Below, one piece after another: positions 36,836-47,547 of a stretch of DNA of 56,408 nucleotides. The stretch's first letter is position 1. The number at the start of each line of letters is the position of its first letter. The stretch comes from Guillardia theta CCMP2712 (Eukaryota > Protista > Cryptophyta), in the NCBI RefSeq assembly GCF_000315625.1, contig NW_005434593.1, forward strand, positions 1 to 56,408, in the 5' to 3' direction. The notes under the pieces were generated by a model, which saw nothing but the letters and a program-made list of their open reading frames with translations, was not told the origin of the DNA and did not search any database. Made by a program: the position numbers and the translations under genes.

Positions 36836-37099
36836 TCCATCATCATCATCATCATCTCATCGGCATCGGCATCGTCCTCCTCCCGTCTCTGCTTCTCGTC
36901 TCTTCGCTTCCTCGTCTTACCACGTCTGCCATGTCTCTCCGACCACCCCCACCCACCTCTGGCCGCATATATTGGACTCTGTTTATAACGGATACAACGG
37001 ATTCTGTAACTGATTTTACTAAATATCGGGGGGACAACCGGGCCCGGCCCGGTCCGGCGTGGTCCCCGGGGTCATGCTGGCAGTGACGAAAAGACTCCT

Positions 37100-38965
37100 T
37101 TTCAGCATATCCCTGAAGACCTCCTACCCCTGGTTGTAGACCTTCGAGTACCGGCCACATATCGCATAGGGGGTAACGTCCTCCTAAGACCAAAGACCTA
37201 CAGGGCCCTACATTATTTTGCTAGGTCGTATCACTCTAGGACCTCGCCTAGGCATAGGGACCGCGGCAGGATCCGCGACTGGGGTTGGAACGCTGGTGGT
37301 AGGGTGGTGGATGGAGTCAATGAAAAGCGATGGGGGTAGGGTGAGGTCTGAAGAGGGGGTAGTTAACATATAATATATGGGTAGGGGTATAAAATAATCA
37401 ATCAAGAAAGGGGTGGGTACATACATCACCGAAAAGCCAGAGAAGAGTAAACCGAGGAGAGAGATAATATATCACCCCTGATTATTCCAGTAAAATGAGG
37501 GGTAGGGGTGTTATTTTTTATCCACCCCATTTTGCTTTTGGGTCCAGGGGCCGATGACCCCCCTTCTACCTGCCGACCAGAGAATAGGGTCTCCACCCTC
37601 CACCCCATCTGTCACTGGAAACTACCCCACCGATTCCCAGCCATGCTCTTTTCGACAAATGGGTACGACTAACCGGTGGTTTTCTATAACATCTTCTAAT
37701 ATCAGGATAGGTAGGGTCAATAACAGAGATCACTGGGTGGTATGTGGCTGAGGGTGGTACGATCGTGGTCTTTTTAGGGGTCAGAATCCGGAATGTAAGG
37801 GGTGAGGTGTAGAGAGGACAGTTAAACAGGGGGTAGGGGGTAGTCTGGCGGTTTCATTGAGTGGCCAGACGAGGAGCACCCTCATGTTTACCCCCCTCGG
37901 CAGCCCATTAGCCACCACCCCCTACCTACTCAACCCCCCACGATCCCACCACCGTTACGCTTCAGCGTACCCCACCCCCGTAGGCTACCCGAGTTGAAGC
38001 GTCTTGAAACACCCGTCCCTGCTACTACCGGTGCACCCTGGACTTGTACTACCCACCCCACCTGTCCTGTGATACGCCTCACCTGGAGTAGATTCCACGC
38101 TTCCACACCCCTCTGTACAACTGCCATCAAACCCTACCCCTTACCCAGTACCCTACCCGTGAAATGCAATGTGTCATTCGATGCCCGGGTGATGGGAGGA
38201 GCAGAAGAATTCTTCATTGACATTGGTGGGTACTTGAAACAATATCAGTGGGTAGTAGTGCATGATACGGGGTGGGTGTCTGTCAATTCGACTAAGGGTG
38301 GGTCAAGGAGCAGGGTGGGTGGGTCAAGATTTTTCGAGGGTAGCTTTCGTAGTCTACTAGGATGGGGGGTAGGGGTATGGAACGGGAGGCGACGCTGAGG
38401 ATTCGTGGGGTGGTGAGGATATCGTGAATGATGGGGGTGGGGATGGAAGTCAGTGAGTCACTTTCACCAGGGTAGGGTACTGTAATTGTAGGGGTGGTGT
38501 CAGGGGGATCCGGGAAATTCGAGAATTGAGCGCCTTCGATGTTGTAGATATGTGGGGTGATTCGGCTCAGATGTAGGGGTGATAAGAAAAATGACAGGGG
38601 TGGAGAGGAAGGGGGTGGTAGAATCCGGAATGTGGGGGTGTAGGGAGGCAAAGTAGGGTGGGATGAGGGATGGAGAAACAGGCAGCAGAGCAGCAGTATG
38701 GGGTGGGGTGATGTACCCTACCCTGAATCTGGACAAATTCCCACGGATTCACCACCATCGGCAAAGTGATTCCCATATGTACCCCTACCATCGACTGTTA
38801 GAGTGAACCACCTACCCCTCGACATCCATGATTGCAGGGACACCCCTTGTCCTCTGTGGCCTCAGCCACCCCACCACCACCCCATCTAAATCCTAGGACC
38901 GCATCATCCTTCCATCTGGTAGGTACCCTACCCCCAGATCCCTGACTCTAGTACCCCCACCCCTA
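37100..38965. other. GGGTA/TACCC-rich non-coding island
   Basis: Dense GGGGTAGGGGT / ACCCCTACCC words in alternating orientation; no convincing ORF; lies between divergent gene starts. Confidence 0.8.
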
Positions 38966-39002
38966 GAGCAACCTCAACGAGCTCCTCTCCGCCGCCGCTA
39001 CC

Positions 39003-40417
39003 ATGCCCGAGGACGATCGCAAGTGAGTACTCCTTCATGCCGCAGATTCATCTCCTCTGCAAGACATTCGCATTCCTTTCTGTTCGCCTCCTTGCTCTCC
39101 ACATTTTTTACTAGAACACCCAACCTCGAGATCTGTTTCTGGAGGCAGGGCATTGTGGAGAACCCCTCCCCTTCAGCGATTTATGAGATGTTTCGAGGAA
39201 AGATTTGGGATTGAACACGGCCCCCTTGTTCTCTATTAGTAATTGCTGGTTCAATGGAAGTCTGTGCTCATTTTCGAATCGTTGCAGTGAAAATTGAGGG
39301 GTATTTAGCCTCGGAAACGATCATGTTCTGCTCCACACATCACGATGTCTTAGACTTTCTTGCTTGTATTCTGTGTCTTTTAGTGCACAAAATCCTCTGA
39401 ATCATATTCCTACGAGGATTTACATGATTTTCACATGATTTTTTATTGATTTTGTCCACGTTGTGCCATCCAAATTACAAGATCCGCTGTAGAGGCCCTT
39501 CGTTACTTGAACTTTTTTTGCGACTGCGCACTATGTATATTCATTTTTGAGGTTGTCGAATGCCTGGCTTGATTGTTCCCCGTCTTGATATGATCGGAGA
39601 GAGTACTTCTCTTCCAGAACGTGCTTATTTGCTCAACTCTCCTTCATTGCGCATGTCGCTGTGTGCACAGAGGAATATTGACATCTTCTTGACAGGCGCA
39701 AGGCTGAAAAGCAGGAAGACGACAGTGAGCATTCTCTAACTCAAGACCGTCGGATTTTCTAATTTGTTTCTTTGTTTGAACAGACAAGAAGAGGAAGAAA
39801 GAGGAGGAAGAAGAGGACGAGGGGGAGGGTGAAGAGGAGGAGGAAGAAGAAGGTGAAGAAGAAGGTGGTTTCTTCGTCAATCATACTCATTTCCGCTGAT
39901 CTTCCTTTGAAATCGCAGAGGAGGGAGAGGAGGAGGAGGAGGAAGGTAAAAGGCCTGTGCTACGATCGTTGCGTCTGCTCATGTTGCTCACAGAGGAGGG
40001 AGAGGAGGAGGACGAGGATGACGACGACGACGACGATGGCGACGCTCCTCAGAAGGGAGGAAAGAAGAAGGTGTGCCTCTTCTAGCAATCATCGTGTGAT
40101 GCTGATGTGCGTGCAGGCAAAGGCCAACGATGATGACGACGAGGACGACGATGATGATGACGATGTGAGGATTGCACGCTCTCGATGATCCGCTCGCTGC
40201 TCTTATCCTCGTCCTTGTGTGCTTGCAGGAGATAGATGACGATGAGCTAGCAGGATTAAAGGCTGATGCTGGAGAAATCCTCGAGCCCAAGAAGGGAGCA
40301 AGGTAGTCCTTTGACGTGCTTGCTCTTCCTCCCCTGACTTGCCCCAGGTACGCCATGCGAAGCAAGGGAGGCCAGAAGAAGTACGACCTGTCAAGCCTCA
40401 AGGATGATAGCGATTAG
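39003..40417 (+). CDS. Small, highly acidic disordered protein with basic NLS-like patches (histone-chaperone-like)
   Basis: Spliced reading with canonical sites: MPEDDRK|RKAEKQEDD|NKKRKKEEEEEDEGEGEEE...|...DDDDDGDAPQKGGKKK|AKANDDDDEDDDDDDD|EIDDDELAGLKADAGEILEPKKGAR|YAMRSKGGQKKYDLSSLKDDSD*. Confidence 0.7.
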
Positions 40418-41049
40418 ATGAATCTTGATGCTTTCCTTAGCATGTGCGAACAAATCCATTCTGTAAATTTTGATCGCTACCTCTCATTCAAGTTTATTCG
40501 CATTAAAATTTTACATCATTGAGCCAACCTATTGCTGCCGGTGTTGCTGAAAGCTAATGGAATCTTATCCCTTGACTACCCAGTCACTTGTTTGTTGACA
40601 CATGTTTCTGTACCAAATTTGTAGATATCATGGCTCGGCCTCGTTAGAAGCTTCCTCCAGGTGTGGAAAAAGCAAAGGATGCAGCTCCGCTCAAGTTTAC
40701 AGCCCAATATCGATAGATCATTGAGTTCCAAGCCGATGCATGTAACAGTTGATCTCTGTCTGCAACATACTCGTGATTGTAAAAACCAAGATTGCCCTTG
40801 CTGTGCGGAAAGGTCGAGTTGTCTGAAAGGTCTCTCTGATCTCGCATGCTCACGGTATCATGATGTCGTCCCTTCTGCTCTGCTTCATTTCATCCTCTCC
40901 TTTCGCTTCTCCCCGCACACCCTTCTCCTCTCCTCCTCTCCTCCTCTCCTCCTCTCCTTCATTGCCTCCTGGCCTCGATGTTGCTCGTTCACAAACCCCG
41001 TAGCGGGGCGGGGGGCAGGGCGGGGGGCAAACAGTGGTGGTGGTGATTC

Positions 41050-41180
41050 AAAAAGGGGGTGGGGGTATATGAAAGTACCCCTATGTTGTCCATTTAATAC
41101 TGGGAAAGAAGGGGGTATCTTTTGAAAGGGGAATGGAGAACGGGGGATTTAGATTTATGAGGTGGGGTAGTAGAGGTGTA
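41050..41180. promoter_or_regulatory. GGGTA-motif cluster upstream of the RelA/SpoT-like ORF
   Basis: GGGGGTATA, GTACCCC, GGGGGTATC, GGGGTAG. Confidence 0.35.
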
Positions 41181-41199
41181 ATAAGGGAATTTCGTTGCC

Positions 41200-42741
41200 A
41201 TGATGCTGAAGATGTTGATGCTGATCGCGATGACGATGGCGACATGCGGGGAGATAGGAGGAGGAGGAGGAGGAGGAGGATCAGGGGAAGCAGTGGCAGG
41301 AGGAAGGATCCTTGCAAGGAGCTTCTTCAACAGAGAGCCGATCAGATGCTCTCTGTTGTTCCTCGCCCCTCCTTTGCGAGCAGAATTCTCCTCCATCCAG
41401 TCGCGGCGTGGCGCATCTAGTAGATGTAGAGCTGCTCCTGTCACCTGCAGGAGCAGCAGGAGGGCACCAGCGCTGATGGCCATGAAGGAGGAGGTGGCAG
41501 GAGCCAGCGAGATGGCTTTGAGCAAGGCCATGGTGTCGGAGGAGCAGGACAAGCTGCCGGCGGCTTCGAATGCTCTGTCAGAGCGCGTGGCGATGACGGT
41601 GGGGATGCTGGTGCGGAGAAAGGAGCTGTTCCGACAGTACGCGCGAGACATCCGGGGGAGGACGGGGGTGGGAGCGATCGCAGCGCTGGTGTACTGCAGG
41701 AGGGTAGTGGAGAAGCGGGAGAGGGTATGGGGTGATCTGTTCATGATAGTGATGGAGAGGAAGCAGAAGGAGGTGGAGGAGACGGTTCTGCGAGCAGTGG
41801 ACGAGGTGCTCTCGTACCCGATCAAGGAAGAGGAGTGGGTGTGGCTGCGGGAGAATCTTCTGAGCACCTACCTGTGGTTCGCGCGCTCCTCCCGCGGTCG
41901 CTACGAGTACCTATGGCAGGAGCTGCTGGAGGTGGCGAGGAGGAAGCTCGCCCTGCTGGCGGAGGAGGCGGACGCCATGCGCTTTCCCGAGCTGGAGGAG
42001 GTGGAGTCGAGGGTGCTGCTGTTAGGGGACGAGGACAGCATGCGGCAGGACCACGAGCTGGTGGGCATGCGGGCGGGGCTGGAGGAGGAGACGCTAGGAG
42101 GAGGAGACAGCGCTCAGTTCTACGACCTCAATGTGTACCTGAACGAGCTTCTGTGCATCGCCCGCCTCCTGGATCAGCCGTTCCAAGAGCACATGCGACG
42201 GCTCTCTTCCTCCCTCTCCTCCCCCGTCCTCTTCCTCCCCGGCCCTCCTAAGTCCCTCGCCAGGTGCCGGGCAAAGGCGCAGGTGGACTACAGGAGCATG
42301 CGGTACCCCTCCTCCGCGCACCTTCTGGATGTGATCAGGGCAACGTGGGTGGTGAAGGATGAGAAGAGCCTGCTGGAAGCACTCGACCTGCTGCTCTCCT
42401 CCCAGACGCACATCACTGCCCCCACTTCCTCCTCCTCCTCCTCCTCCTCCTCCTCCTCCTCCTCCTCCTCCTCCTCCTCCTCCTCCTCCTCCTCGTCCGC
42501 TCTGCCTACTGGGCACACAGTGGTGCGGGTGAAGAACGGGTTCAAGAGGAAGGGAGGGTACCGGGACGTGAAGGTGAACGTGATCTTCACGTGCCCGAGA
42601 GGCTTCAGGCTGATCGGGGAGGTGGCGCTGGTTCTGGAGGAACTGAGGGACTACAAGGACAAGACCCACGAGCTGTACGAGATCTTGAGGGAGGAAGACT
42701 TCTTCTCGCAAGTCACTCAGTCCCTCCTCCTCCACGGCTAC
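41200..42741 (+). CDS. RelA/SpoT-like nucleotidyltransferase-fold protein (3' end in gap; start uncertain)
   Basis: Ordered motifs GPPKSLARCRAKAQVDY, LLDVIRATWVV, VVRVKNGF, GGYRDVKVNV, IGEVALVL and HELYEILR. One long open exon with GC-rich third codon positions. Confidence 0.8.
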
Positions 42742-42841
42742 NNNNNNNNNNNNNNNNNNNNNNNNNNNNNNNNNNNNNNNNNNNNNNNNNNNNNNNNNNN
42801 NNNNNNNNNNNNNNNNNNNNNNNNNNNNNNNNNNNNNNNNN

Positions 42842-42959
<118 letters not shown>

Positions 42960-43028
42960 CATCATGTCATTCGCCTTCACCTCTCTCGAGACTTTCAGCT
43001 TGCATGTTGGCTTCAAGGACCTCTCCCT

Positions 43029-44401
43029 TCAGCTTTTCTCTCGCGTCCTCCTCTTCTCCTCTCTCCCGTCCTGCCCCCCAGCAGTGTCAGCTCCTCCCCG
43101 CCACTCCGCTCCCTCACCGCAGCACGAGCATCGTCCTCCCTCTTCTTTTGCTTGCTCCCTCTTCCCCAGCTCCTGCTCTAGCAGCGCAAACTGCGCAAGG
43201 AGATCTTTCTCCGTCAGAGTGACCTCGTCCTCGCGCAGGGACAACCCCTCCTCCCTCCTCCTGACAGCCTTCAGCTCGACTTCCACCTCCATCCTCCTCT
43301 CCTCGAGCTCCGCAATGAACTTTTCCCTCTCCTCCTCCATTCTCCTCATCGCATCTCGCATCCTCCTGCTCTCCTCCAGATGCCCCTTGCTCTCCTCCTT
43401 CCTCCTCCGGCTCTCCTCAGACAGCTCCGCAATCGTCTTCTTCAGGCTCTCTGCTTCTCCTCCTTTCCAGCTCAGCAGGGCTCCTTCTGCCTTCCCTCGC
43501 AGCAACTTCTCCTCCTCGAGCTCTCGCAGGCATCGTTCGAGCTCCTCATGCAGCGACAGCATGGCGTCCTGCCACCTCCTCGACTCCTGCATCCTCTTCA
43601 TCTGCTCCACTCGCAGTCCTCGCTCGAGCTCCTCCTCTCTCGCTGACGCTGCCGCTGCCTCCTCCTTCCTCCAAACCTCCAGGTCTAGCGAGAGCAGCTC
43701 CTCGAACTCCATGGGCTTGTGGAGGAGGAGGCGGTCAAAGAGGATCCGCTGCAGCTGCTTCCTCCTCGCTCCTTCCACTGCCAGTCGCTGCTGCGAGCTC
43801 CTCCACCTCCTTCCCGCAGCCTCCACCTCCTCCCGCAGCCTCACGTTCGACTCCGCCAGCTCAATCGCCTCCTCCTTCAGCCTGCGCTCACTTGCTCGTC
43901 GCTCCTCCTGCCGCCTCGTCGCGCCCTCTCCCTCCCCAACTTGCCGCCGCTTTTCATCAACTGACCCCAGCAGCTTTTCGAGCTGTTCATCTCCGAGCCT
44001 TCTCAGCTCGATCTCGTGCTCGAGCTCGAAGCGGAGCCTCTCGATCTCCTGGTGGCTCTGCAGCAGCTTCTCCTTGAGAAACTTCAGCTTGAGCGACTCG
44101 TCGAGCTCCACCTGGTACCCAGCAGCATCAGACTCCAGCTGAGAGTCTCTGCCGAGCCAATGCTGATGCAACGAGAGCCGTCGCTCCATCATCGCAACCT
44201 TCTCCTCCAGCAGCTTCTCCTTCCTCCTCCCTCCCTCACTCCCCTTCTGCTGCTTCGTCTCCATCTCGCGAGTGGACGGCAACGGAACCACAGCCTTGGA
44301 AACTCTCGGCTGCTCTGCTTCGGCATGTCGCTCCTCCCCTCCGTCCCTCCTGGTGCTTGAAACAGCCTTGCTCCTGCTGCTCACGCTTTCCGGCATTCCA
44401 G
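43029..44401 (-). CDS. Coiled-coil protein, large exon (upstream exon probable)
   Basis: 455-codon E/R/L-rich ORF; acceptor-like TTCACGCAG on the minus strand ending at ~44402. Confidence 0.7.
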
Positions 44402-44457
44402 CTGCGTGAAACCATCAGGAGTAGCGAAGTCAAGGAAGTAGATGGTAGATACATCAT

Positions 44458-45328
44458 GATACACATGTCAGATACACATATCATGATACACATGTCAGAT
44501 ACACATGTCATGATACACATGTCATGATACACATGTCATGATACACATGTCAGATACACATGTCATGATACACATGTCAGATACACATATCAGATACACA
44601 TGTCATGATACACATATCAGATACACATGTCAGATACACATGTCATGATACACATGTCAGATACACATGTCATGATACACATGTCAGATACACATGTCAG
44701 ATACACATGTCAGATACACATGTCATGATACACATGTCAGATACACATGTCATGATACACATGTCAGATACACATGTCAGATACACATATCAGATACACA
44801 TGTCATGATACACATGTCAGATACACATGTCAGATACACATATCAGATACACATGTCATGATACACATGTCAGATACACATATCAGATACACATGTCATG
44901 ATACACATATCAGATACACATATCATGATACACATGTCATGATACACATATCATGATACACATATCAGATACACATGTCATGATACACATATCAGATACA
45001 CATATCAGATACACATATCAGATACACATATCATGATACACATGTCATGATACACATATCAGATACACATATCAGATACACATGTCATGATACACATATC
45101 AGATACACATGTCATGATACACATATCAGATACACATGTCAGATACACATGTCTGATACACATGTCATGATACACATGTCATGATACACATGTCATGATA
45201 CACATATCAGATACACATATCAGATACACATGTCATGATACACATATCAGATACACATGCCATGATATCCATATCAGATACACATGTCAGATACACATGT
45301 CAGATACGCATGTCATGATACACATGTG
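44458..45328. repeat. Variant minisatellite GATACACAT[G/A]TCA[T], 13-14 bp unit, roughly 60-65 copies
   Basis: Directly visible; four main unit variants are interspersed. Confidence 0.97.
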
Positions 45329-45696
45329 ATTCTTTTGTTTGTTTCTTCTTCTCTTCTTCTCTCCTTTCCTCTCTAAGCCATTTTTGGTTCTAACAAAAAA
45401 AAAAGTCAACGTCTGACAGGTTTAACTAAAAATATTGTGCGGGCTGGGGAAGCGGAACAAAATTAGGCCACAAGGGAACAAGGCGAAGGGAAGCGGAGGA
45501 GAGAGGAAGGAGAGGCGAGGAGAGGAGAGGAAAGGACAGGACAGGAGAGGAGAGGAAGGGAAAGGAGAGGAGAGGACGGGAGAAGACAGGGCGTAGGGGA
45601 GGGGGGGGAGCTAGAGAAACAGAGACATTAGAACGTGAAAGGGGTGAGGATGCTTGAGAGCGGTGAGGAGGAAGCATTCTGATTTTTTCCTTGCAG

Positions 45697-47504
45697 GCAG
45701 CGTGAAGAGGAACGGCATGAACGGTGCTAGCATCAAGCACGATCAGGAGGTCTTCTTGGAAGGCGATAAAGCTGCGCATGTTCTCAGCTTCGACCCCGAG
45801 AATGCGATGGAGGAGCTGCTGGGCCGCGAGCGAGTCAACTTTGACAACTTCATGGCACCAGGGAGGCTGCACAGAGAGAGCGAGAGGACGAGAAGCAGCG
45901 GGCGAGGGGAGGACTTCATGCCTCTGCTGTGCACCTTGGGGGAGGGAGGAGTGGACATCTCGACGCCGTGGCGGTGCGAAATTTGCAACATCTTCTTCCA
46001 CTGCTCGCAGGCGCTGGGAGGGCACAAGATGAACTCAACGGATCACAAGCAGCGGGTGGAGAAGCTGAGGATGGGAGAGACAGCAGGTGAAGTTGGCTGC
46101 TCCTCCTCTTGTCTCCCTCACCTCCTACAGACCTTCCTCCCGTTCCTCGCCTCAGCCTCCACGTCTACTCCAACGAGGAGGCCAACCAGCGGGAGTTTCG
46201 TAGGACGCGCCTCCCCCCCATGGCTCAGATGCCAGGCTATGACCGCGTGCTGCTGGGGTTCCCCCCCGACGTTCGCGTGGGACTGTCAAGAGTCTCGTCG
46301 CCCGCAGCCTTCTTTTCCTCCTGCAACCTCGAGGTTTTCCGCCGCCACGAGAAGTTCGGAGCCTTCGGTGAGAGGAGGAGGCGGGGGGGAGGGGGCGGGG
46401 GGGGAGGGGGCGGGGGCACGAAGGCTGGAAGGATGACGAGGAGCAGGAGGAAGGATCATCGACGTCTACTTCCAACAGTCACTGGAGGACCTCGAGTCGC
46501 TTCTCCTGGACCTCAAAAACCTCCCAGGCATCTCACAAGGCATGGACGAGGAGGAGATGAACGAGATCAAGGTACCTCCTCCTCCTCCTCCTCCGCATCT
46601 TCCTCCTCCGCATCTTCCTCCTCCACATCCTCCTCCTCCTCCTCCTCTTCCTCGCCCCAACTTCAGATCGCTCTCCATTCCCTGACGAATCTCTATCGTC
46701 TTTCTGTTTTTCCGCTCCGCTGTCTCTGACTTTCTCAGATCTTTGCCCGCATGCTCTTGACCAAGAAGAAGTTTCTCGACGTCAACCGCCGGGCAGTGAG
46801 CAAGAGGATCAAGGGAATCCGACGAGCAGGAGGAGAGAAGCTGAGGATTTTCAACATGAAGAAGAGCAAGCAGGCAGCTGGTGAACCCTATCCTTCCTCC
46901 TTCTTCTCCTCCTCTTCATCATGGTCATTATCAACATCACCCCCATTCTACTCCTACTCCTGCTCCTACTTTCTACAAATACCGCTACTACTACTCCCCC
47001 TCCCCTCCTCCTACTGCCACTACTACTTCTACCCCACTCCTCCTCCTCGCTCCTGCCGCGGGTTTAGCTTCCTCCCCCTTGATCGCTGACTGCGAGAAGG
47101 TCGAGGTGATCGCCCGTCGTCTCCCCCCAAGCAGGAGCCTAGCAGGAGGGCGCAGGGTCTCCCGTCGATCAGGTGGGAGGACAGGAGGAGCCGCCCAGCT
47201 GACGTTGAGCAGGACGATGAGGACGATGAGCGTCCCCTCCCTTCCTCCGCGAGACACAAGCAAGCTCAACTCGGTCGAGAGCCTCCTGCTGGGCTCCTCG
47301 GGTGGTCGAGAAGCAGCAGCAGCAGCAGCAGCTGGAGTCGGTGCAGCAGCAGCAGCAGCAGGAGTCGGAGCAGCAGCAGCAGCAGCAGGAGTGCGAAGCT
47401 TGACATCATCAATCTCGCTGGCTCCCTCATACGATTTTTCTCTTCCCTACAGCCTCCAGCTGTTCGTTCAAAATTCTTCTCTGCCCTCTGGTTTGCGTCT
47501 TTAA
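45697..47504 (+). CDS. Multi-exon C2H2 zinc-finger protein (QALGGH motif)
   Basis: WRCEICNIFFHCSQALGGHKMNSTDH at ~45969-46046. Following exons DLPPVPRLSLHV...FRRHEKFGAF|GGRIIDVYFQQSLEDL...EIK|IFARMLLTKKK... splice in frame. The start is uncertain. Confidence 0.75.
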
Positions 47505-47547
47505 TAAAACACTTGCCATCCTCGCCTCTTCCTCCTCCCCGTTTCTC

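Noticed and set aside
37100-38965. Telomeric repeat or protein-coding region
   Set aside because: The GGGTA words are dispersed rather than tandem, and the short ORFs are compositional artefacts.
40560-40900. Possible small minus-strand gene (DNSTFPHSKGNLGFYNHE)
   Set aside because: Too short, with no consistent model or recognisable motif.
44458-45328. CRISPR-like array or His/Met-rich repeat protein
   Set aside because: There are no unique spacers, mixed 13/14 bp units break reading frames, and the context is eukaryotic with no cas genes.
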